From: Tubiluchus corallicola | Taxonomy: Eukaryota; Animalia; Priapulida | Direction: 5' to 3' | Assembly: GCA_030141605.1 (NCBI GenBank) | Contig: JAQGDQ010002131.1 | Coordinates: 1 to 13,897, forward strand | Length of the DNA: 13,897 nucleotides | Shown here: piece by piece, positions 1 through 10,664 of the stretch | Position numbering within the stretch: position 1 is the first letter of the stretch | How the letters are laid out: every line of letters starts with the position of its first letter | Position numbers and translations under genes: made by a program | Notes under the pieces: model-generated | The model's database searches: none | The model's input: the letters and a program-made list of their open reading frames with translations, nothing else | What the model was told of the DNA's origin: nothing

Positions 1-1199
1 TGGTCAAGTGATTAAATGTTTAGCTTTCAGAAACAACGAGGTTAACTGCAGCGGACAAGCGGGTGACAGATTCTGAGTAAACCACTGGTCAAGTGATTAA
101 ATGTTTAGCTTCCAGAAACAATGAGGTTAACTGCAGTGGACAAGCGGGTGACAGATTCAAATCAAAACCGCTGGTCAAGTGATTAAATGTTTAGCTTCCA
201 GAAACAACGAGGTTAACTGCAGTGGACAAGCAGGTGATAGATTCAAAGCAAACCGCTGGTCAAGTGATTAAATATTTAGCTTCCAGAAACAACGAGGTTA
301 ACTGCAGTGGACAAGCGGGTGACAGATTCAAAGCAAAACCGCTGGTCAAGTGATTAAATGTTTAGCTTCCAGAAACAACGAGGTTAACTGCAGTGGACAA
401 GCGGGTGACAGATTCAAAGCAAAACCGCTGGTCAAGTGATTAAATGTTTAGCTTCCAGAAACAATGAGGTTAACTGCAGTGGACAAGCGGGTGACAGATT
501 CAAAGCAAACCGCTGGTCAAGTGATTAAATGTTTAGCTTCCAGAAACAATGAGGTTAACTGCAGTGGACAAGCGGGTGACAGATTCAAAGCAAAACCGCT
601 GGTCAAGTGATTAAATGTTTAGCTTCCAGAAACAACGAGGTTAACTGCAGTGGACAAGCGGGTGACAGATTCAAAGAAAACCGCTGGTCAAGTGATTAAA
701 TGTTTAGCTTCCAGAAACAACGAGGTTAACTGCAGTGGACAAGCGGGTGACAGATTCAAAGCAAACCGCTGGTCAAGTGATTAAATGTTTAGCTTCCAGA
801 AACAACGAGGTTAACTGCAGTGGACAAGCGGGTGACAGATTCAAAGCAAAACCGCTGGTCAAGTGATTAAATGTTTAGCTTCCAGAAACAACGAGGTTAA
901 CTGTAGTGGACAAGCGGGTGACAGATTCAAAGCAAAACCGCTGGTCAAGTGATTAAATGTTTAGCTTCCAGAAACAACGAGGTTAACTGTAGTGGACAAG
1001 CGGGTGACAGATTCAAAGCAAAACCGCTGGTCAAGTGATTAAATGTTTAGCTTCCAGAAACAACGAGGTTAACTGCAGTGGACAAGCGGGTGACAGATTC
1101 AAAGCAAAACCGCTGGTCAAGTGATTAAATGTTTAGCTTCCAGAAACAACGAGGTTAACTGTACCGGACAAGCGGTGACAGATTCAAAGCAAAACCGCT
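1..1199 (+). repeat. 85-86-bp satellite array, 14 copies, truncated by the window start
   Basis: TGGTCAAGTGATTAAATG recurs at 1, 86, 172, 257, 343, 429, 514, 600, 685, 770, 856, 942, 1028 and 1114. Monomers are near-identical, each with GTTAAC and most with CTGCAG. Confidence 0.98.
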
Positions 1200-1765
1200 A
1201 TGCTAACGTATTAGAGCATATGATAAACGTACAGTACCTAACAAAGCTGTACTTAACCTGACTGTTTCACGTATATTATAGTACACAAAATGACTCAAAG
1301 ATAACAAAAGAGCAGTAAAAGCTCTTTGGTCCACAAAAGTATAACATTTTAAGTACATGAAGTAAAAGAAATACTGAGTCAATTATGCAGAGACCATACC
1401 TCGCACCTTTGACTATTAACTCATTAAGCCTGAAAGCGTGATTTGCAACTAGAGCATCAAAAGGAAACCGCTAGGCAAGTGATTAAATGTTTAGCTTCCA
1501 GAAATTCTTTGGGTAACGAGGTTAATTGCAGTGGGCGAGGGTGCAACAGATTCAAAGTAAAACAGCTACCCTAGTGACTAGCGCATGATAAACGTACCTG
1601 TTTACAAACAAAACGCTACTTAACATGATTGTTTCTACATATATAATGCACAAAAGGGAAGTAAAGATGACATAAAAGTAGGAAAGGCTGTTTGGGCACA
1701 TACAAATGTCTTATGTTAAGTAAGTGAAGGAAAAATAATTGAATTAATTAAGCGAAGTTATTTGA
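1200..1765 (+). mobile_element. Non-tandem flank of the satellite-bearing composite repeat, left copy; putative non-autonomous DNA transposon derivative
   Basis: Reverse-complement match to about 4269-4826, e.g. CTATGCTAACGTATT (1198) vs AATACGTTAGCATAG (4814) and TTAACTCATTAAGCCTGAA (1416) vs TTCAGGCTTAATGAGTTAA (4588). Contains one degenerate 86-mer (about 1465-1567). The repeat is clear; TE identity is inferred. Confidence 0.6.
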
Positions 1766-2367
1766 TCATTTTTGTAAGTTTCTACTCCTCATACAATGAC
1801 CTTTCATGGGTTCATGAAAAACTGCTCTAACTAAGCAGTGATTACGTTATACTTGATAATTTTTGTAGGTTTCTACTACCCCATACAATGAACTTTCATG
1901 CAAAATTTATATACAAAAAGCATTTGTTTGCCTTAGACAAATTAAAAATCGATTATTGACGAATAAATTGAAAAAATCTTTCAGTAACTGCAGAGTATGC
2001 ACTATAACGAGTACAGTATCACTTGTGTGAAATTGTCTAATGCAGAAAACACTCTGATAAACTTTGGTCTCAACTCTACTCTATTTTTAAAGGCAAATTC
2101 CTGTTAAAAGGTGAAACGACCTTAATTTCTTCTTGGCTGATCGGTTGTTTTTTCCTAGAATAGCAGCAAAACCCTGCACAGCTTGGGCTGTAGCAAACAG
2201 GCGATCAATAAAATAGTGTGTACGATCATGCAAGTGTACACCAGACTCAGCTACTCAATAGGCTAAGTTGGAGTGACTAGAAAGGGTGTTTTTCTAAATT
2301 TTGTCCAATTAAATAACCAAATAAATGTTTAAATGAACAGCATGAATGGATAGCAGAGATTCTTCTG
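1763..2367 (+). repeat. Dispersed repeat family B, copy 1
   Basis: Colinear direct similarity to 8784-9360 (GTTCATGAAAAACTGCTCT; CACTTGTGTGAAAT; CAAGTGTACACCAGACT). Includes a short internal duplication, 1763-1808 vs 1854-1900. Confidence 0.85.
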
Positions 2368-2859
2368 GATAGAACAGTACCTGCCCTTTTATTTGCCCTT
2401 TTATTTTTGTGTAGTTTTTGTTATTTTTTGCATAATATTAAATATTTCGCAACACATGATTTTCATTTGCCTGTAAATGGTAATGATGATATTCTTGGAT
2501 TTTTATAATTATAATATTAGCTTAACATTATTGCATTTATATTTTGTTACGATTTTGCATGAATTTTTGATTTACGTACTTTTAATACGCTCATAAAATG
2601 TATGTTTTCTTGTTATTGAGTATACCGAGTTATTACTAAAATTCCTTAAATTCCAGTTAGATGCAAATTATGTTATATTTAACATGCTAGTACAATTCAT
2701 TTCTTTATTATTTCTTTTTTTTGCTCATTTAGAATGTGAAATTTCGTTTTTAGCATTTTTCTTTTATGTTATATAGATGTAAACAAGTGCATAATTTAAT
2801 ATTTCATTATTTTTGATTAGTTATCGTCTGCACTGCACGCGAAATATTTATAACAGAAC

Positions 2860-2985
2860 TGAGTTGGGGTGGCTGATAGCGCATGTTCTTCGCCACCCCT
2901 TCCCATTTGATTGGCTATTATAATTATGCTACTAAGCTTTAATCGATGTTGTATGTGGGAAAACAATAAACGATTTGGTTTGATT
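2860..2985 (+). mobile_element. Possible 3' end of a non-LTR retrotransposon or SINE relic
   Basis: GC stem-loop GGGGTGGC (2866-2873)/GCCACCCC (2892-2899), then AATAAA (2965-2970) and a short GATTT-like repeat tail (2972-2985). No coding remnant seen. Confidence 0.3.
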
Positions 2986-3047
2986 ACCTAATTTGTAATC
3001 ATTTAGTTATGTCTGTGCTAATACAGTTTATACTCGAATAAATACGG

Positions 3048-3862
3048 TAGTTCATACCTTTGTGTCAAATGTGAAAAATTCTACATTTTAATTTCTAATA
3101 GTGATTCTTACTCTGTACTTTTTCAATCACATTAGTTCACACTTTGTATCAAATGTGAAACATTCTACATTTTAATTTCTAATAGTGATTCTTACTCTGT
3201 ACTTTACCAATCACATTAGTTCACACTTTGTATCAAATGTGAAAAATTCTATATTTTAATTTCTAATAGTGATTCTTACTCTGTACTTTACCAATCACAT
3301 TAGTTCACACTTTGTATCAAATGTGAAAAATTCTATATTTTAATTTCTAATAGTGATTCACCACCAACACCAATCACATTAGTTGACACTTTGTATCAAA
3401 TGTGAAAAATTCTATATTTTAATTTCTAATAGTGATTCTTACTCTGTACTTTTTCAATCACATTAGTTCACACTTTGTATCAAATGTGAAAAATTCTACA
3501 TTTTAATTTCTAATAGTGATTCTTACTCTGTACTTTACCAATCACATTAGTTCACACTTTGTATCAAATGTGAAAAATTCTATATTTTAATTTCTAATAG
3601 TGATTCTTACTCTGTACTTTACCAATCACATTAGTTCACACTTTGTATCAAATGTGAAAAATTCTACATTTTAATTTCTAATAGTGATTCTTACTCTGTA
3701 CTTTACCAATCACATTAGTTCACACTTTGTATCAAATGTGAAAAATTCTATATTTTAATTTCTAATAGTGATTCTTACTCTGTACTTTTTCAATCACATT
3801 AGTTCACACTTTGTATCAAATGTGAAAAATTCTACATTTTAATTTCTAATAGTGATTCTTAC
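3048..3862. repeat. 84-bp intronic minisatellite, about 9.7 copies
   Basis: CAAATGTGAAA recurs at 3066, 3150, 3234, 3318, 3397, 3481, 3565, 3649, 3733 and 3817 (84-bp period, one 79-bp variant). The array ends exactly at the XDH exon donor. Confidence 0.97.
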
Positions 3863-4037
3863 CGGTAACGACAGATCCAACGAACATCCAGCATTTAAGT
3901 AGTAACTCGCCTCCAAAGCTAATATTTTACCGACGTTTGAATATCCAACTTTGTACTTGACAAGCATCGGATGCCGACCGCCGGTCAATAACATGTCCTC
4001 GTCTCTGTCCAGCATGATTCTCACTGGACGATTGACC
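3863..4037 (-). CDS. XDH: Xanthine dehydrogenase/oxidase internal exon (175 nt), molybdopterin-binding domain
   Basis: Acceptor TTTTGCATTTAAAG|G and donor CCG|GTAAGA. Encodes (K)[58 protein letters not shown], matching the conserved XDH/AOX [21 protein letters not shown] segment. Phase-compatible with exon 8581-8512 (AA|G = Lys). Confidence 0.93.
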
Positions 4038-4268
4038 CTTTAAATGCAAAACTCTATGAGCCGTATGTTTACTGTTATCTGTTGCTTACTTGTAGATAAA
4101 AACTACATCAATGCAACACAGACATGGTACATTAGTAATATTTACGAATATAAATACAGTAAGTGCTGTTTATTAGACTCATGGTTAATAGAATTAGTCA
4201 TTTAATTGACTCAAAAACGTCTGGTATGGGCCGCTCCTAGTAAAATGTACATAAAAACTGCCAATAAC

Positions 4269-4826
4269 TCAAATAACTCTGCATAATTGACTCAATATTT
4301 TTCCTTCACCTACTTAAAATGAGACATTTGAATGTGCCAAAAGAGCCTTTCCTACTTTTATGTCATCTTTACTTCCCTTTTGTGCATTATATATGTAGAA
4401 ACAATCATGTTAAGTACCGTTGTGTTTGTAAACAGGTACGTTTATCATGCACTAATAGGCTAGCCTAGCGGTTTTGCTTTGAATCTGTTACCCCCTCGCC
4501 CACCGTTAACCAAATAATTTCTGGAAGCCAAACATTTAATCACTTGCCTAGCAGTTTCCTTTTGATGCTCTAGTTGCAAATCATGCCTTCAGGCTTAATG
4601 AGTTAACAGTCAAAGGTGCAGGTATGGTAACAACTCTGCATAATAGACTCAATATTTTTCCTTCACGTACTTAAAATAAGATACTTCTGTGTGACCAAAG
4701 AGCTTTTACTGCTCTTATGTCATCTTTACGTTAATTTTTGTGTACTATAATATACGTAGAAACAGTCACATTAAGTACACCTTCGTTAGGTACAGCACGT
4801 TTATCATAAGGCCAATACGTTAGCAT
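4269..4826 (-). mobile_element. Non-tandem flank of the satellite-bearing composite repeat, right (inverted) copy
   Basis: Reverse complement of 1200-1765 with scattered substitutions and indels. It may extend to a TA|CAGT TcMar/pogo-like end at 4155-4160, which is unverified. Confidence 0.6.
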
Positions 4827-7800
4827 AGCGATTTTGATTTGAATCTGTCACCCGCTTGTCCACTACAGTTAACCTCGTAGTTTCTGGACATTTAATCACT
4901 TGACCAGCGGTTTTGCTTTGAATCTGTCACCCGCTTGTCCACTGCAGTTAACCTCGTTGTTTCTGGAAGCTAAACATTTAATCACTTGACCAGCGGTTCT
5001 GCTTTGAATCTGTCACCCGCTTGTCCACTGCAGTTAACCTCGTTGTTTCTGGAAGCTAAACATTTAATCACTTGACCAGCGGTTTTGCTTTGAATCTGTC
5101 ACCCGCTTGTCCACTGCAGTTAACCTCGTTGTTTCTGGAAGCTAAACATTTAATCACTTGACCAGCGGTTTTGCTTTGAATCTGTCACTCGCTTGTCCAC
5201 TGCAGTTAACCTCGTAGTTTCTGGAAGCTAAACATTTAATCACTTGACCAGCGGTTTTGCTTTGAATCTGTCACCCGCTTGTCCACTGCAGTTAACCTCG
5301 TTGTTTCTGGAAGCTAAACATTTAATCACTTGACCAGCGGTTCTGCTTTGAATCTGTCACCCGCTTGTCCACTACAGTTAACCTCATTGTTTCTGGAAGC
5401 TAAACATTTAATCACTTGACCAGCAGTTTTGCTTTGAATCTGTCACCCGCTTGTCCACTGCAGTTAACCTCGTAGTTTCTGGAAGCTAAACATTTAATCA
5501 CTTGACCAGCGGTTCTGCTTTGAATCTGTCACCCGCTTGTCCCCTGCAGTTAACTTCGTTGTTTCTGGAAGCTAAACATTTAATCACTTGACCAGCGGTT
5601 TTGCTTTGAATCTGTCACTCGCTTGTCCACTGCAATTAACCTCATTGTTTCTGGAAGCTAAACATTTAATCACTTGACCAGCGGTTTTGCTTTGAATCTG
5701 TCACTCGCTTGTCCACTGCAATTAACCTCGTTGTTTCTGGAAGCTAAACATTTAATCACTTGACCAGCAGTTTTGCTTTGAATCTGTCACCCACTTGTCC
5801 ACTGCAATTAACCTCGTTGTTTCTGGAAGCTAAACATTTAATCACTTGACCAGCGGTTTTGCTTTGAATCTGTCACTCGCTTGTCCACTACAGTTAACCT
5901 CGTTGTTTCTGGAAGCTAAACATTTAATCACTTGACCAGCAGTTTTGCTTTGAATCTGTCACCCGCTTGTCCACTGCAGTTAACCTCATTGTTTCTGGAA
6001 GCTAAACATTTAATCACTTGACCAGCTGTTCTGCTTTGAATCTGTCACCCGCTTGTCCACTGCAGTTAACCTCGTTGTTTCTGGAAGCTAAACATTTAAT
6101 CACTTGACCAGCAGTTTTGCTTTGAATCTGTCACCCGCTTGTCCACTGCAGTTAACCTCATTGTTTCTGGAAGCTAAACATTTAATCACTTGACCAGCAG
6201 TTTTGCTTTGAATCTGTCACCCGCTTGTCCACTGCAGTTAACCTCATTGTTTCTGGAAGCTAAACATTTAATCACTTGACCAGCAGTTTTGCTTTGAATC
6301 TGTCACCCGCTTGTCCACTGCAGTTAACCTCGTAGTTTTTTGAAGCTAAACATTTAATCACTTGACCAGCGGTTTGCTTTGAATCTGTCACCCGCTTGTC
6401 CACTGCAGTTAACCTCGTTGTTTCTGGAAGCTAAACATTTAATCACTTGACCAGCGGTTCTGCTTTGAATCTGTCACCCGCTTGTCCACTGCAATTAACC
6501 TCGTTGTTTCTGGAAGCTAAACATTTAATCACTTGACCAGCAGTTCTGCTTTGAATCTGTCACCCACTTGTCCACTGCAATTAACCTCGTTGTTTCTGGA
6601 AGCTAAACATTTAATCACTTGACCAGCGGTTTTGCTTTGAATCTGTCACCCGCTTGTCCACTGCAGTTAACCTCGTAGTTTTTTGAAGCTAAACATTTAA
6701 TCACTTGACCAGCGGTTCTGCTTTGAATCTGTCACCCGCTTGTCCACTGCAATTAACCTCGTTGTTTCTGGAAGCTAAACATTTAATCACTTGACCAGCG
6801 GTTCTGCTTTGAATCTGTCACCGGTCACCGGCTTGTCCACTGCAGTTAACCTCGTTGTTTTTTGAAGCTAAACATTTAATCACTTGACCAGCGGTTCTGC
6901 TTTGAATCTGTCACCCGCTTGTCCACTGCAATTAATCTCGTTGTTTCTGGAAGCTAAACATTTAATCACTTGAACAGCAGTTCTGCTTTGAATCTGTCAC
7001 CCGCTTGTCCACTGCAGTTAACCTCGTTGTTTCTGGAAGCTAAACATTTAATCACTTGACCAGCGGTTTTGCTTCGAATCTGTCACCCGCTTGTCCACTG
7101 CAGTTAACCTTGTTGTTTCTGGAAGCTAAACATTTAATCACTTGACCAGTGGTTTTGCTTTGAATCTGTCACCCACTTGTCCACTGCAGTTAACCTCGTT
7201 GTTTCTGGAAGCTAAACATTTAATCACTTGACCAGTGGTTTTGCTTTGAATCTGTCACCCGCTTGTCCACTGCAGTTAACCTTGTTGTTTCTGGAAGCTA
7301 AACATTTAATCACTTGACCAGCGGTTTTGCTTTGAATCTGTCACTCGCTTGTCCACTACAGTTAACCTCGTTGTTTCTGGAAGCTAAACATTTAATCACT
7401 TGACCAGTGGTTTTGCTTTGAATCTGTCACCCGCTTGTCCACTGCAGTTAACCTCATTGTTTCTGGACATTTAATCACTTGACCAGCGGTTCTGATTTGA
7501 ATCTGTCACCCGCTTGTCCACTGCAGTTAACCTCGTTGTTTCTGGAAGCTAAACATTTAATCACTTGACCAGCGGTTCTGCTTTGAATCTGTCACCGGCT
7601 TGTCCACTGCAGTTAACCTCGTAGTTTTTTGAAGCTAAACATTTAATCACTTGACCAGCGGTTTTGCTTTGAATCTGTCACCCACTTGTCCACTGCAATT
7701 AACCTCGTTGTTTCTGGAAGCTAAACATTTAATCACTTGACCAGCGGTTCTGCTTTGAATCTGTCACCCGCTTGTCCACTGCAGTTAACCTCATTGTTTC

Positions 7801-8010
7801 TGGAAGCTAAACATTTAATCACTTGACCAGCAGTTCTGCTTTGGATCTGTCACCGGCTTGTCCTCTCCAATTAACCTCGTTGTTTCTGGACATTTAATCA
7901 TTGCCCAGTGCCCAGCGGTTCTGCTTTGAATCTGTTACCCGCTTGTCCTCTCCAATTAACCTCGTTGTTTCTGGACATTTAATCACTGCCCAGTGCCCAT
8001 CGATTCTGCT
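4827..8010 (-). repeat. 86-bp satellite array, about 37 copies, inverted relative to 1-1199
   Basis: The monomer CAGCGGTTTTGCTTTGAATCTGTCACCCGCTTGTCCACTGCAGTTAACCTCGTTGTTTCTGGAAGCTAAACATTTAATCACTTGAC is the reverse complement of the left monomer. It decays at about 7850-8010. Copy number is estimated from length divided by 86. Confidence 0.98.
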
Positions 8011-8080
8011 TTTGAAGTTCCTACTGCTGTTCACAAGGAAAACAAGGTTCGCAGCTCAACCAATAGGTGGCTAGGTGACT

Positions 8081-8287
8081 CATCATCACATCGTCATCAC
8101 CATCACCATCATCACCATTATCACCACCATCATCATCATCATCATCATCATCACCATCATCATGTCCACCATCACCACCATCATCATCATCACCATCATT
8201 TCCATCATCACCACCATCATCACCATCATCATCATCACCATCATCATGACCACCATCACCACCACCATCACCTCCATCATCATCATC

Positions 8288-8319
<32 letters not shown>

Positions 8320-8378
8320 CACCACCATCACCACCACCATCATCATTATCATCATCATCATCATCACCATCATCATCA
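8081..8378. repeat. (CAT/CAC)n compound trinucleotide microsatellite, about 100 units
   Basis: Directly visible. Explains the poly-His, poly-Ile/Thr and poly-Met/Val ORFs in the track. Confidence 0.97.
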
Positions 8379-8511
8379 ATGTAGAAGCATGTGTAAGATT
8401 TAAATCCAGCTTTTCTAGTGTTTTGGAAACTGTCGCAAAATGCTATCTTAAGGTTACGAAATTAAAATTTTACTAATTTATTTGCAAATAAAAAAACAAA
8501 TAAAAAGTTAC

Positions 8512-8581
8512 TTGTTTGCAGCAACAGCACAGGAATTTGTAACGATGATAAATCTTGTTTCTTTTCCACCAAATCCTCCAC
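8512..8581 (-). CDS. XDH: Xanthine dehydrogenase/oxidase internal exon (70 nt); absent from the ORF track
   Basis: Acceptor TTCGTTTTTTTTACCAAAAG|GT and donor AA|GTAACT. Encodes (G)GGFGGKETRFIIVTNSCAVAAN(K). GGGFGGK is the Moco-binding motif, and the following Glu corresponds to substrate-binding Glu802 of bovine XDH. Confidence 0.92.
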
Positions 8582-8740
8582 CTTTTGGTAAAAAAAACGA
8601 ATATCATCACTTTACATAGTTTATACAACCCGGGGGAAAATGTGAATAAAAACTATTTCGTTATTACGTAAAAGCAAATGTAATTCATGTGGTCATAAAG
8701 CCAAAATAAAAAATGATTTTCAGTTGTAATTATCTGCACT

Positions 8741-9360
8741 TTAACTCCTTCACGACCGTAAGCGTTTGCTGCATTTTGCGTGAGTTCATGAAAAACTGCT
8801 CTCACTAAGTAGCAATTACATTATATAATGTATTTGATAATTTTTGTAGGTTTGCACTCCTCACACAATGGATTTTCATGCAAAATTATATATGAAATAC
8901 ATTTGCTTACCTAGACAAATTAAAAATTAATTTTTGACGAATAAAACAAAAAAAAACTTTCAGTAACTGCAGTGTTTGCAGTGTAACAATGTTCAGTGTC
9001 ACTTGTGTGAAATCAGCTAATGCAGAAAAATTCAACTATCCAGACACAACACTCTGATAAACTTTAGCCTCAAGTCTACTCTATGTTTAAGGAAAAATTC
9101 CTGTTAAAAGACAAAACAGCGTTAATTTGTCCTTGCCAGATCGGTCGTTTTTCCTGGAACTCTGTACAATTCTCTTGGGCTGTAGCAAGTGAGTGATCAA
9201 TAAATTAGTGTGTACTCTCAAGCAAGTGTACACCAGACTAAGCTACTCGATAAATTAAGTTCGAGTGACTGAATAGGGCGTGTTTTTCTTAATTTTATCC
9301 AATTAAATCACTTATAAATGTTTAAACAAATAGCATGATTGGATAGCTGAGATTCTCCTG
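8741..9360 (+). mobile_element. Dispersed repeat family B, copy 2, starting at a TTAA|CTC piggyBac-like end
   Basis: Colinear with 1809-2367 from 8784 onward, and preceded by TTAACTCCTTCACGACC at 8741. The superfamily assignment is only an inference from the terminus. Confidence 0.6.
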
Positions 9361-9667
9361 AGTTTTTTAATTAAAAATGAGTCGTGTATTATTCATTGGT
9401 GCTTGTAAAATTCAGTGTAAAATTAAACGTTATTAATAATTGTAAGATTGTACTGTGATTGTATATATTTTATATTTGCATTATTATGAGCAGATTTTTA
9501 CTTTTCTTGTCAATTGTTTTTTCTTGTTTTACCGCCATGTCACTTTTCGGGTCAAAGGTTAATTTTTATTAGGTTTACATATAAGAATTCTTCATTTATT
9601 ATCTTCAGTATGGAATGTTTAATCAACTCACAATTTTTTGATATTATTCGTCTACAATCGCTGTAGG

Positions 9668-9795
9668 TTTTGCTAGAATAGCACTAGAGTACTGCACAGC
9701 TTGGGCTGTAGCAAGCAGGCGATCAATAAATTAATGTGTACGATCACGCAAGTGTACACCAGACTAAGCTATTCAATAGGCTAAATTGGACTGCT
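9668..9795 (+). repeat. Dispersed repeat family B, partial copy 3
   Basis: CTGCACAGCTTGGGCTGTAGCAA...CAAGTGTACACCAGACT matches about 2150-2275 and about 9150-9270. Confidence 0.85.
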
Positions 9796-9901
9796 TGAAA
9801 AGTCAAACACTGTCGGATTCAATCACTCTGGAAGCTAGAATAACATGACTAAACGGTTATGCAAACTTCGTGGAATCTTGATCAGTTACTCTTCCAAAGC
9901 T

Positions 9902-9913
9902 CAGCAGGGGGCG
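9902..9913 (+). promoter_or_regulatory. Candidate CTCF core motif
   Basis: CAGCAGGGGGCG matches 12 central positions of the CCASYAGRKGGCRS consensus in an AT-rich context. Motif match only. Confidence 0.3.
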
Positions 9914-10656
9914 AAATCTTATATGACCACTTCTACAATGCTTGTCAGGTGTACCGGAGTCGTAAGTGGTAAAGTACTCCAATCCTAGTGGAGTGCAGTG
10001 GAGTCCTGACCCGTGGAGCTCGTGAAACTACCACTGATACAACGTCTGGTCATCGCCTGGTTGTTTCTGCATCAGATCTCCTGAATTTCAGTTTACAGCA
10101 GTACGTCAGATAACAAGTAGTAGCCAGTTTATTGGTGTTTCCGCCTCACGGGTCGAACACCTAACCCTTTGGTGTGTCAGTGCCCTTTAATCACTTTCTG
10201 TCGCCACAGTAATTAAGTCTTGACTTTGATTGTTAATGAATGTTCGTCGGAAGCCACATTGTGTTGAACCGGGTTTCAATTTCTAGAACAGGTAAAACTG
10301 GATGACCTTGTCCTTTAACACGACGGTTCATTGGCCAGATAGTCTGTTCAGTTGAGTGTATGACCAATCACTTACTTTCTTGTAAAGGAGATCTAGGACA
10401 GGTATGAGGTGGGACCCTTCCCAGAGCTAACTAGGTGCATGCTCATATATGTACAGTCACTACTTGCTTTATTGTAGTAGATAAATTCGGTTAATGAGTA
10501 ATTAACTAATAACTCATTCAATTAACATAAGTAATTAACTAAATTAAGCTATTAATGCAACCTAAGTATAGGATATACACAAAATCATACTAGAATACAA
10601 AGTCAACTATATTAAAAGGGGTTGCAATGCTGCTCCGTAGTTCTTATATTCCAGAC

Positions 10657-10664
10657 TGACGTCA
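10657..10664. promoter_or_regulatory. Perfect CRE/ATF palindrome upstream of the ANK-cGLR ORF
   Basis: TGACGTCA about 560 bp upstream of ATG 11226. Motif match only. Confidence 0.25.

Noticed and set aside
3839-4024. 61-aa stand-alone ORF
   Set aside because: It is an internal XDH exon (4037-3863). The GTG is an internal Val and VRITIRN is intron read-through.
1-8010. CRISPR array interpretation of the 86-bp and 84-bp repeats
   Set aside because: Units are similar along their whole length with no unique spacers, there are no cas genes, and the context is spliceosomal introns.
7993-8476. Poly-His, poly-Ile/Thr and poly-Met/Val ORFs
   Set aside because: Stop-free frames of a CAT/CAC microsatellite open on both strands; no domain, and two rely on GTG starts.
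8880-8940. Minus-strand donor-like CTAG|GTAAGC at about 8910 as the missing upstream XDH exon
   Set aside because: The upstream frame does not read ...KR(M/L)G, and the site lies inside dispersed repeat family B.
9800-10470. LTR retrotransposon with a primer-binding site (TGGCGACAG on the minus strand near 10200)
   Set aside because: No paired LTR, TG...CA boundary, target-site duplication or gag/pol ORF could be identified.
10493-10518. AT-rich hairpin AATGAGTAATTA/TAATAACTCATT
   Set aside because: Low-complexity AT-rich context; such a hairpin is expected by chance.
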